NCBI GenBank assembly: GCA_965231005.1
Contig: OZ246405.1
Span: 365,877 to 429,876, forward strand
Direction: 5' to 3'
DNA: 64,000 nucleotides
Source of the DNA: an uncultured Gammaproteobacteria bacterium
GTDB lineage: Bacteria; Patescibacteriota; Patescibacteriia; Magasanikbacterales; UBA922
The notes beneath the pieces are model-generated. The model saw only the letters and a list, made by a program, of their open reading frames with translations. It made no database searches and was not told the DNA's origin. A program made the position numbers and the translations under genes. Positions 56,648 through 64,000 of the stretch are shown here, piece by piece; position 1 is the stretch's first letter; the number at the start of each line of letters is the position of its first letter.

Positions 56648-58954
56648 ATGTTAGACGTAAAAAAATGGTCAACCCAGTGGGGCGGCCGAGAACTTACTGT
56701 TGAAGTAGGGCATTTTGCTTTGCAAGCAACAGCCGCATGTACAGTTCAGTACGGTGAAACTGTTATCATGGCAACAGCAGTAAAAAGCAAGAACGAGCGC
56801 GACATTGATTACTTTCCACTTATGGTGGATTTTGAAGAAAACATGTTTGCAGCTGGAAAAATTAAAGGATCACGTTTCATCAAACGTGGTGGTCGTCCAA
56901 GTGAAAATGCAACATTGTCTGGAAGAATCATCGACAGAACAATTCGTCCACTATTTGACGATCGTGTTCGAAATGATGTTCAAGTTGTTCTTACAACACT
57001 TGCATTTGACGGAGAAAACGATGCAACAATTACAGCACTCATTGCTGCAAGTTGTGCATTGTCAATTTCTTCAATTCGTTGGGAAGGTCCTGTTGCCGGA
57101 GCAAGAATTGGAATGGATAAAAATGGAGAATTTATTTTGAATGCAACAAAAACACAGCTTGAAGAAAACGACACGCTTGATTTGATTGTTGCTGGGACAA
57201 CTGAAAAACTTATTATGACAGAGGCTGGAGCAAAAGAAGTTCCAGAAGATGTTATGTTCAAAGCAATGAAATGGGGTGGAGAACAACTTGCACCAGTGCT
57301 TGATCTTATAAAGAAAATTCAATCTGAAATTGGACAAGAAAAAGAAGCAGAAGCTGAAATAGAAAAAACTCCTGCAGTAGAAGCTGCAGAACTTGTTGAA
57401 GCATTTATTTCAGAAAAAGCTGATGATGTTATCTTTAACTCAAAGAAAATTAGTAGAAAAGAAAGAAATGCCATGATTGATCAATTGAAAGAAATGGCAA
57501 CAGAAATGCTCGAAGGAAAAGAGTTTGATGAAGATGCAATCGCAGCTGGACTCAAAAATGTAAAATTATTCGTTTCAAAAGAAATCACAAAACGGATTTT
57601 AGAAAAAGATCAACGTCTCGATGGAAGAGGTCTATCAGAAGTTCGTGAATTGCAAAGTGAAATTGATCTTCTCCCACGTGTGCATGGAAGTGGAATGTTT
57701 ATGCGTGGTGACACACAAGTTCTTTCTGTTGTGACACTTGGTTCTCCAGGAGATGTTCAACTATTGGACTCAATGGAAGAAGAAGGTGAAAAGCGATACA
57801 TGCATCATTATAGTGATGCTCCATATACATATGGTGAAGCCGGGTTTATGCGAGGTCCAAGTCGACGAGCAATTGGTCATGGTGCACTTGCAGAACGCGC
57901 ACTTATTCCTGTTCTTCCAAAGAAAGAAGATTTTCCATATACCATTATTGTGTCTTCACAAGTTCTTGGGTCAAATGGTTCAAGTTCTATGGCATCAACA
58001 TGTGGTTCAACACTTTCACTTATGGCTTCTGGTGTTCCAATTACAAAGCCAGTGGCAGGAATTGCTATGGGGCTTGCATCAGACGACAAGGGAAATTGGA
58101 AAGTGCTTACTGACCTGCAAGATGTAGAAGATGGTCCAGGAGGAATGGACTTTAAGATTGCAGGAACCGTAGATGGAATCACAGCAGTACAAATGGATAC
58201 GAAAACATTAGGATTGAGTTGGGATCTTGTTGAAGAAACTGTTACAAAAGCTGGTGTTGCTCGCGCAGAGATCTTGAAAAATATGGCTGCCACAATTCCA
58301 GATCCACGAGCAGAACTTTCAGAACATGCTCCACGTATTGAGACAATTATGATTGATCCTGAAAAAATTCGAGATGTTATTGGTCCTGGTGGAAAAGTCA
58401 TTAACAAGATTATCGAAGAAACAGGAGTACAAATGGATATTGAACAAGATGGTCGTGTTCTTATTACAAGCAATGACGCAGAAGGCATGGCAAAGGCTGT
58501 TGAAATGGTAAACAATATTGTCAAAGATCCAGAAGCCGGAGAAGTATATGATGGTGAGGTTGTTCGTCTTGAAGACTTTGGGGCATTTGTAAATATTCTT
58601 CCTGGAAAAGATGGGCTTGTTCATGTAAGTGAAATTGCCTGGGAACGTACAAACAAGCCTGGTGATGTGCTTAATTTAGGTGACAAGGTAAAAGTAAAAG
58701 TAAAAGAAATTGATAATCTTGGAAGAGTAAATCTTTCTATGAAAGCACTCCTTCCAAAACCAGAAGGATATACACCTCCAGCACCACGAGATGACAGACG
58801 TCCTCGTTCTGGTGGACCAAGAGGTCCGCGCTCTCATGGTGGTGGGAATCGCGACAGAGGACCACGGACTTCTCATAAACCAAGTGCTCCTGCAGCTCCG
58901 GCACCAGAAGCACCAAAGAAGAAGCGCGGTTTCTTCAGTAGGAAGAAAGACTAA
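56648..58954 (+). CDS. pnp: Polynucleotide phosphorylase
   Basis: Two RNase PH domains, KH and S1 domains (GDVLNLGDKVKVKV). Basic Gly/Arg-rich C-terminal tail. Confidence 0.95.
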   Translation: MLDVKKWSTQWGGRELTVEVGHFALQATAACTVQYGETVIMATAVKSKNERDIDYFPLMVDFEENMFAAGKIKGSRFIKRGGRPSENATLSGRIIDRTIRPLFDDRVRNDVQVVLTTLAFDGENDATITALIAASCALSISSIRWEGPVAGARIGMDKNGEFILNATKTQLEENDTLDLIVAGTTEKLIMTEAGAKEVPEDVMFKAMKWGGEQLAPVLDLIKKIQSEIGQEKEAEAEIEKTPAVEAAELVEAFISEKADDVIFNSKKISRKERNAMIDQLKEMATEMLEGKEFDEDAIAAGLKNVKLFVSKEITKRILEKDQRLDGRGLSEVRELQSEIDLLPRVHGSGMFMRGDTQVLSVVTLGSPGDVQLLDSMEEEGEKRYMHHYSDAPYTYGEAGFMRGPSRRAIGHGALAERALIPVLPKKEDFPYTIIVSSQVLGSNGSSSMASTCGSTLSLMASGVPITKPVAGIAMGLASDDKGNWKVLTDLQDVEDGPGGMDFKIAGTVDGITAVQMDTKTLGLSWDLVEETVTKAGVARAEILKNMAATIPDPRAELSEHAPRIETIMIDPEKIRDVIGPGGKVINKIIEETGVQMDIEQDGRVLITSNDAEGMAKAVEMVNNIVKDPEAGEVYDGEVVRLEDFGAFVNILPGKDGLVHVSEIAWERTNKPGDVLNLGDKVKVKVKEIDNLGRVNLSMKALLPKPEGYTPPAPRDDRRPRSGGPRGPRSHGGGNRDRGPRTSHKPSAPAAPAPEAPKKKRGFFSRKKD

Positions 58955-58971
58955 TCGAAATTTAGTAAAGA

Positions 58972-58998
58972 CAGGGCCCTAAAGGGCCTTGTTTTTTT
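58972..58998 (+). terminator. Rho-independent terminator after pnp
   Basis: CAGGGCCC-TAAA-GGGCCTTG hairpin with T-run. Confidence 0.75.
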
Positions 58999-59121
58999 AA
59001 AAGTAAAAAACCTTACTGTCATTGCGAGGAGCGAATGTGAATGAGTGACGAAGCAATCTCCTGGGCATACATTAATTCTTCTTGTTCTTTTTGTAACCAA
59101 AAAGAACCAAAAAGTTTCGAG

Positions 59122-59290
59122 GGTGGCAGATGCGCTTCTTATATCTGTATAACACTCCCTTTTATCCGCTCGGCCTCTTTCGATCGTCTCGACGAGAGTC
59201 AACTTCCAAAAATACATCGAGTGGAACAGGACTCAACTTTAGAGGCCTCGCTCGGCGCGCCTGCCTGCCGGCAGGCAGGCTGCCACCCCA
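59122..59290. repeat. Long-range inverted repeat (GGGTGGCAG ... CTGCCACCC) enclosing a CCTGCCTGCCGGCAGGCAGG core at 59260-59279
   Basis: Sixth copy of the palindromic core. Nearby GTCATTGCGAGGAGCGA / TCTCGACGAGAGTCAAC segments resemble the flanks of the 3210-3307 copy. Confidence 0.6.
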
Positions 59291-59378
59291 AACCCCAAAG
59301 TTCCAACACTGTTTATTATCTATGCTTTTGACTAAGCTTGATTTTTTTGTCTTAGTATGGTTTAATTGTTCCGATTAC

Positions 59379-59460
59379 GGGGGTGTGGTGAAATTGGTAT
59401 ACACGGCAGCCTTAGGAGCTGTTGCCGCGAGGCGTGAGAGTTCGAGTCTCTCCACCCCCA
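59379..59460 (+). tRNA. tRNA-Leu (anticodon TAG)
   Basis: Hand-folded: GGGGGTG/CACCCCC acceptor, GCAGC-CTTAGGA-GCTGT anticodon arm, 13-nt variable arm, GAGAG-TTCGAGT-CTCTC T-arm. Confidence 0.75.
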
Positions 59461-59486
59461 CTGCTACGCTCAAGCAAAGCTTGAGC

Positions 59487-59543
59487 TTCGCAGTGCAGGC
59501 ACTGCATGTCGCTCTACAAGATTGGAGCTTCGCAGTGCAAGCA
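59487..59543. repeat. Direct repeat GAGCTTCGCAGTGCA(G/A)GCAC x2 plus a GCTCAAGC-AAA-GCTTGAGC hairpin just 3' of tRNA-Leu
   Basis: Two 20-nt copies 16 nt apart. Possible att-like or terminator structure. Confidence 0.5.
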
Positions 59544-59603
59544 CAAATTTGATTTCTTTATATAAGTGCGTTCATTTTGGAAGCGCATTTATTGGAGGAG
59601 ATC

Positions 59604-60221
59604 ATGAACGAAGAAACACGGAAGCTTATAGCTCTTTGGCAAAAAAAGTACGGCACCGATTCATTCGAGCGCGGAAAGCACGATAGGGAGTCGTTCGAGC
59701 TCCAAATAGTGGAAACGTGCCGCCTGACTGAACCTGATTTGAGCAGGATTGAGTTTTGGGAGCCGTCTCGGACTGCTTCGCAGAAACTGGCATTCATGAG
59801 GTATTCTGACTTGTACGAGCGCGCGCTTGACCTTGATGCTATGACTGGGTTGCAGGACATGCTGCACATCCTGGCACTTGTTGACTCTTTCCCAGAGCAG
59901 CTGTTACATGGCGTGATTGTTGCGTTCATGGGGGTTCTGCCGCTTGGTCAAGGATTCGCATATATCCAAAGAATTGATGGCGTGTGGAGCATCGGCATTG
60001 CCAACCTTCCTCACTTCAACTACGTACCGTTCATCCCAAGGACCCGGTGTAAATGGAGGAATCCTTTTGACACTCTTGCTCCCTTCGACTACGTCCCAGA
60101 TTTGAAACCAACATACGGACTCGTATTTGCAAGAGTACGACCTCAGAAGTCAGGCCCAAGGCCTTACCCGCAGATCATCTTCAATCAACACGATTCCTTT
60201 GCAATGTGCGGAGGTCTCTAA
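59604..60221 (+). CDS. Hypothetical protein (205 aa), G+C-rich
   Basis: GGAGGAG RBS ahead of the second in-frame ATG. No recognisable domain. Confidence 0.5.
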   Translation: MNEETRKLIALWQKKYGTDSFERGKHDRESFELQIVETCRLTEPDLSRIEFWEPSRTASQKLAFMRYSDLYERALDLDAMTGLQDMLHILALVDSFPEQLLHGVIVAFMGVLPLGQGFAYIQRIDGVWSIGIANLPHFNYVPFIPRTRCKWRNPFDTLAPFDYVPDLKPTYGLVFARVRPQKSGPRPYPQIIFNQHDSFAMCGGL

Positions 60222-60336
60222 TCCCGAACTACACATCAACCTGGCGATTGTCTCAAAACCTTCGCCGCAAGGAGAATGTTCGGGGACTATCGAAAACACA
60301 TCTCAATGAGGTGTTTTTTTGATGTTAAAAAAAGAT

Positions 60337-60417
60337 TAGAAATTAGAAATTGGAAATTCGGGATTTTTCAAAAAAATGGTTTGTTATGTCCCTAATTTCT
60401 AATTTCCAGTTTCTAAT
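60337..60417. repeat. Family B inverted-repeat spacer
   Basis: AGAAATTAGAAATTGGAAATTCGGGA ... CCCTAATTTCTAATTTCCAGTTTCT. Confidence 0.7.
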
Positions 60418-60478
60418 TATTATTTTCTTAATTTAAAATAACAGCTGGTATAGATTGTAAATAGTAGATGACAAAATA

Positions 60479-60507
60479 TTGACTATACGTATATTGTATG
60501 ATATACA
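60479..60507 (+). promoter_or_regulatory. Sigma70-like promoter TTGACT-N17-TATACA
   Basis: Sits 30 nt ahead of the AAGGGGG RBS. Confidence 0.5.
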
Positions 60508-60542
60508 TTCCATACCCAAGAACTACTACAAGGGGGTCTACA

Positions 60543-61988
60543 ATGGGTAACAACGACCAAGTTCATTTCACTACTCCGTTCATTTCTTGCGGAACATCTG
60601 GTGCTCGCGGGTTCCACTTTACCGAGGTTACTCCAGCGCTGGCACAAGGCTACGCGTTTGGCTTGGCCATGATTACCAAGGCCAAGACTGGACGGTCTGT
60701 CTACTACGTCGCCTGTGATCAGCGCGAGACTGCTCAGCTTCTCGGCCTCAGCGCGTGCTATGGCATTCGCCTGGCTGGTGCTGACGTGGTCTGGCTCGGC
60801 TGTGTGTCGACCGGTGTGTTCTCCGCGATGATGCACGTGGGCAAAAAGAAAGGTGAAAACGTGGCTGGTGGCGTTCTCATCACTGGCTCGCACATGCCGC
60901 CCGAGCGGATTGGCATCATCCCGATCAATGCTGATGGCACGTACTGCACAACCGAAGTGACCGATGCAATTTCGGGTCGGCTCAAAGGAATGCGCAGTAT
61001 TTCACTCGCACTGGATACTGAAAACGGTAACACCATCGTTGGCAAGCAGACAGTGATTCACCCCGAAGCAAGCTACCTCGCATACAAGGGGTTCATCAAC
61101 AGTTTCATCGGTCAGGAAGAGCTCCAAGGGATGCGAATGCTCATTGACGTGGGCAATGGAACTGGTGGTGCACCTGCCAACGTCCTGTGCAGGCACTTCG
61201 GCATCACCCATGATCTTCTTTTCCCCCATCCAAAGCCACAGCCAGATCGGCCAAGCGAGTGCAAGCCTGAGAGCTGCACCGAAGCCATCAATCGCATGAA
61301 AGCGGGCTTCTACGACATTGGCCTGTGTCTGGATGGTGATGCTGACCGCGTGATGATGATCGACGCAAGCGGCAACGTGGTTCCGGCCAATGTGGTCGCA
61401 GCCATCTTCATCAAGAACTTGCTCAAGAAAGGGGAGTCCATTGTCACACCGACCAACTCCAGTGGCGTGGTTTATCAGCTGTGCGAGGACATGGGCGTTC
61501 AGGTGTTTCCGTGCAAGATCGGTCAGCCCGATACTGGGCGTGCGATCAACGAACACAGCGCTCACTTCGGTTTCGAGGCAACTTGCAAGTACGCGTTTTC
61601 GCAAATGGCCTTCCCCTGGTTCGATGGTCTGTTCGCCGGATTCATGATGATGAAGGTCATGCAGATGACAGGGAAGACCCTGGCTGAGCTCGCTGCTGAG
61701 CATCCGGTGTTCTCGCGTGTTGAGATCAACGTCGAGTGCGATTCGGTCAGCAAAGGCCAGGTCGAAGCGATTCACGAGAAGATGTGCCAAGCATTTGGCG
61801 CAAAAGCCGTCAACGTAGACTCGATCAACGGTCTGCGCCTGATGCAGGAGGACTTCACCTGGGTCATGGTGCGTCCAAGCGGTACTGAGCCGCTGATCCG
61901 CATCTACGTCGATGGTCCGGACAAGATGAAGGTTGATGCACTCGGAAGTGCTGCCAAAATCATCGTCGAAGAGGTCATGGGCCTGTAG
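60543..61988 (+). CDS. Phosphoglucomutase/phosphomannomutase-family (alpha-D-phosphohexomutase) enzyme
   Basis: Active-site Ser loop TGSHMPPE, metal-binding loop DGDADR, four-domain length. Very G+C-rich compared with the backbone. Confidence 0.75.
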   Translation: MGNNDQVHFTTPFISCGTSGARGFHFTEVTPALAQGYAFGLAMITKAKTGRSVYYVACDQRETAQLLGLSACYGIRLAGADVVWLGCVSTGVFSAMMHVGKKKGENVAGGVLITGSHMPPERIGIIPINADGTYCTTEVTDAISGRLKGMRSISLALDTENGNTIVGKQTVIHPEASYLAYKGFINSFIGQEELQGMRMLIDVGNGTGGAPANVLCRHFGITHDLLFPHPKPQPDRPSECKPESCTEAINRMKAGFYDIGLCLDGDADRVMMIDASGNVVPANVVAAIFIKNLLKKGESIVTPTNSSGVVYQLCEDMGVQVFPCKIGQPDTGRAINEHSAHFGFEATCKYAFSQMAFPWFDGLFAGFMMMKVMQMTGKTLAELAAEHPVFSRVEINVECDSVSKGQVEAIHEKMCQAFGAKAVNVDSINGLRLMQEDFTWVMVRPSGTEPLIRIYVDGPDKMKVDALGSAAKIIVEEVMGL

Positions 61989-62065
61989 TCAGTTCAGAAC
62001 AAATCAAAACAATTCAGGAGATTCCTACGCCCGGCAGCGAAAGTTGTCGGGTGTTTCAATTTTGG

Positions 62066-62232
62066 CAATTAACAACTAACAATTAGCAATTAACAAAAAA
62101 GTATAGAAAGATTCTTTAAGTTAAGAATGATGTTACTAGTTATTAGTTACTAGCTAATAGTTAATAGACAATACAAGAAAGATTTAAACCTAGATAGCTA
62201 ACAACTAGTAACTAATAGCTAATAACTAATTT
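62066..62232. repeat. Family A motif (reverse orientation) followed by a family C inverted-repeat spacer
   Basis: CAATTAACAACTAACAATTAGCAATTAACAA at 62066-62096. Family C arms at 62132-62232. Confidence 0.75.
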
Positions 62233-62307
62233 TTTTAGTGCAGTTTTCTCTATTTCCAGATAGTCCTCTATGCGATATAATGTATATATCAATTATTTAC
62301 TTTATTT

Positions 62308-63126
62308 ATGAATTCTTATAATCCATACAGAGATAGAAGGCGCCGTCGCCGAAGACGTAGGGGGGTGTCCGAAGAGGATATTCGTGCTGCAGAAGCAGAG
62401 CGTGAAAGAAAGGCAATAGAATGGGATGAAAGAGAGAAAAAAAAGAAAGAGTTAAATGAGCAATTTAGTGCAAAACTGAAAGAAGTTTCAGAGAGAAAGG
62501 AAGGTGAATCAGAAAAGCAATATTTGGAGAGAGCTGCAGACATTATAAATTTTGGTGGCATGTATGCACCAGAGGTTGCTTTTGATTTTAAAGAATTACT
62601 TGATGGCATGAATGCTCTAAGGCGCGAAGAGCATGAAGTAACTGATGAAGAGGATGAATTTCAGTACACAGATGAGCTGGCTTTTGTTTTTTTGGATAGA
62701 ATCTTACAAATGCCAGAAGTTCCAATTTCATTCTTAAAAGACATAAAAGGTTCTGATGCATTTACTCATCTGGATTCAGTCATTGCAGACTTGCATAATT
62801 CAGAAAGTCAATCGATTTCAGAAGCAACACTCCAAAATGTTGCACGATTTGCTTTTGAATCTGAAAATCAGCAATTGTTGGAAATGGCATTGATTCTTGT
62901 TGACATGTATCCTGCAGATGTTGTTTTGGCAATTGCAAAAGGAGACCTAGTTCCAATTCATGCACAAGCTCGAGAAGTATCTTCATACAAACTCATTGTT
63001 CGACATCTAAATGAAATGGGAAAAAGTGCAGGTGTAACATTTGTGTTAGATGAATCAAAAGGTACGTATCGGTCTGGTGATGATGTTATGCATGACATAA
63101 TTATTCGTGCTCAAGCTGCAGCATAA
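62308..63126 (+). CDS. Hypothetical protein with an N-terminal poly-Arg tract
   Basis: ORF with an R9 run, a charged coiled-coil-like N-terminus and a globular C-terminus. Confidence 0.4.
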   Translation: MNSYNPYRDRRRRRRRRRGVSEEDIRAAEAERERKAIEWDEREKKKKELNEQFSAKLKEVSERKEGESEKQYLERAADIINFGGMYAPEVAFDFKELLDGMNALRREEHEVTDEEDEFQYTDELAFVFLDRILQMPEVPISFLKDIKGSDAFTHLDSVIADLHNSESQSISEATLQNVARFAFESENQQLLEMALILVDMYPADVVLAIAKGDLVPIHAQAREVSSYKLIVRHLNEMGKSAGVTFVLDESKGTYRSGDDVMHDIIIRAQAAA

Positions 63127-63127
63127 T

Positions 63128-63400
63128 ATGGAACATCATTTTGATATTCTTACACATTCTTCAGACCTTCCCACCATTGATCTTCACTCAATTCCATCTG
63201 CAAAAGAAGCATTGGAAGAACTTGATTTATCAATTGCAAAGTTGTTGGTTAACAATGAATATTGTAGAATTATATATGGAATAGGAGAAGGTGTTCTGAG
63301 AAATATTGTTGCAGAATATTTAGATAATAGTCCCTATGTTGCATCTTGGAAAATAGAGGATAGTGGTGGAAGTTGTATTGTTTTTTTCAAACATAATTAA
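63128..63400 (+). CDS. Smr-domain protein
   Basis: IDLHS...AKEALEELD...RIIYGIGEGVLRNIV...SGGSCIV pattern of the small MutS-related domain. The start is 1 nt after the upstream stop. Confidence 0.6.
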   Translation: MEHHFDILTHSSDLPTIDLHSIPSAKEALEELDLSIAKLLVNNEYCRIIYGIGEGVLRNIVAEYLDNSPYVASWKIEDSGGSCIVFFKHN

Positions 63401-63424
63401 ATATTTTATTTTTAAATAGAATGT

Positions 63425-64000
63425 ATGCCAGAGATAACTCAAGGTCCTGGACAAGGTCCGAACAAATATACAGAAACAACACGTAAAAGCTATGGAAAAA
63501 GAATAATGGATTCAATAAAAGGAATTTTTATTGGAATTATTATTTTTGTTATTTCATTCGGGCTTCTTTTTTGGAATGAAGGCCGCGTAAACCTAGCAAA
63601 CATTGCTCGGCAAGCGCAGCCCGCTGCTGCTGACACAGTTGATGCATCGTTAGATTCAACATTTGTTGCTGCATCAGGAAAATTGAGTGCAGAAAAATTA
63701 CTTGGTGATGCAAAATATTTGCAGCCAGGAACGTATGTTTCAGTAAAAAGAAAAGTAGACGTGTATGCTTGGGTTGAAAAGGCATCGTCGGAAAGTAATG
63801 TAAAGACTGGAGGTTCAGAAGAAACAACTACAACATACACCTACGAAAAGCAATGGGTAAATAAACCTGCAAATTCAAATAATTTTAAAATAACAGAAGG
63901 ACATACAAATGCAGCAAAAACTCTACCAAATGCAACATACAGTTCAAGTGATTTAACAGTGGGTGCATACGCGCTTGATTCAAGTAAACTAACATTTCCA
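63425..64000 (+). CDS. Membrane-anchored protein, 3'-truncated by the window end
   Basis: ATG 63425 opens a frame that runs to the window end. N-terminal TM helix (IFIGIIIFVISFGLLFW). Not in the ORF track because no stop falls within the window. Confidence 0.45.
   Translation, partial: MPEITQGPGQGPNKYTETTRKSYGKRIMDSIKGIFIGIIIFVISFGLLFWNEGRVNLANIARQAQPAAADTVDASLDSTFVAASGKLSAEKLLGDAKYLQPGTYVSVKRKVDVYAWVEKASSESNVKTGGSEETTTTYTYEKQWVNKPANSNNFKITEGHTNAAKTLPNATYSSSDLTVGAYALDSSKLTFP

Noticed and set aside
61002-61790. 262-aa minus-strand ORF
   Set aside because: It lies antisense within the phosphohexomutase gene. High GC gives an open shadow frame.
3801-62232. Possibility that the recurring short repeats constitute a CRISPR array
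   Set aside because: Copies are kilobases apart, in mixed orientations, with no regular repeat-spacer periodicity and no cas genes.

Overview
The window is a mosaic. The backbone is A+T-rich and its genes mostly lack Shine-Dalgarno sequences. It carries housekeeping and envelope genes of a small-genome bacterium: rpoB-rpoC, recA, ftsK, rpsO-NYN-pnp, yebC-ruvC, nth, a MacAB-like ABC efflux operon, a thioredoxin-lipoprotein/SemiSWEET/ccdA cluster, Wzx-like flippase, O-antigen-ligase-like and SpoIID-like genes, and a 2527-aa BNR/Ig-like/PG-binding surface protein. This is compatible with, but does not prove, Patescibacteria/CPR. Embedded in it are at least 13 visibly G+C-richer cassettes near 123-1445, 3340-3720, 4653-5035, 9406-9905, 14325-14700, 18210-21750, 23466-23959, 29937-30482, 34123-34683, 34930-36075, 43750-45950, 59604-60221 and 60479-61988. 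They use a different expression grammar: a TTGAC[A/T]-N16/17-TAnnnT promoter, an AAGGGGG or GGAGG ribosome-binding site, and a hairpin plus T-run terminator. They encode mostly ORFans: small membrane proteins, receiver-domain proteins, exported Cys-rich proteins and a pentapeptide-repeat protein. Two cassettes abut tRNA genes (tRNA-Ser CGA, tRNA-Leu TAG). Junctions are often marked by stop-codon-saturated inverted-repeat spacers (families A-E) and by a CCTGCCTGCCGGCAGGCAGG palindromic element family with MITE-like inverted ends. I cannot tell from sequence alone whether this reflects real horizontally acquired islands plus MITE/REP-like repeats, or artificial joining (assembly chimera or engineered construct). 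No rRNA and no CRISPR array were seen. The best candidates for an undescribed system are the tRNA-Ser-adjacent island (REC protein plus three exported proteins behind a duplicated promoter module), the four-gene ORFan operon at 180-1360, and the Cys-rich-repeat lipoprotein inserted between rpoC and yebC.
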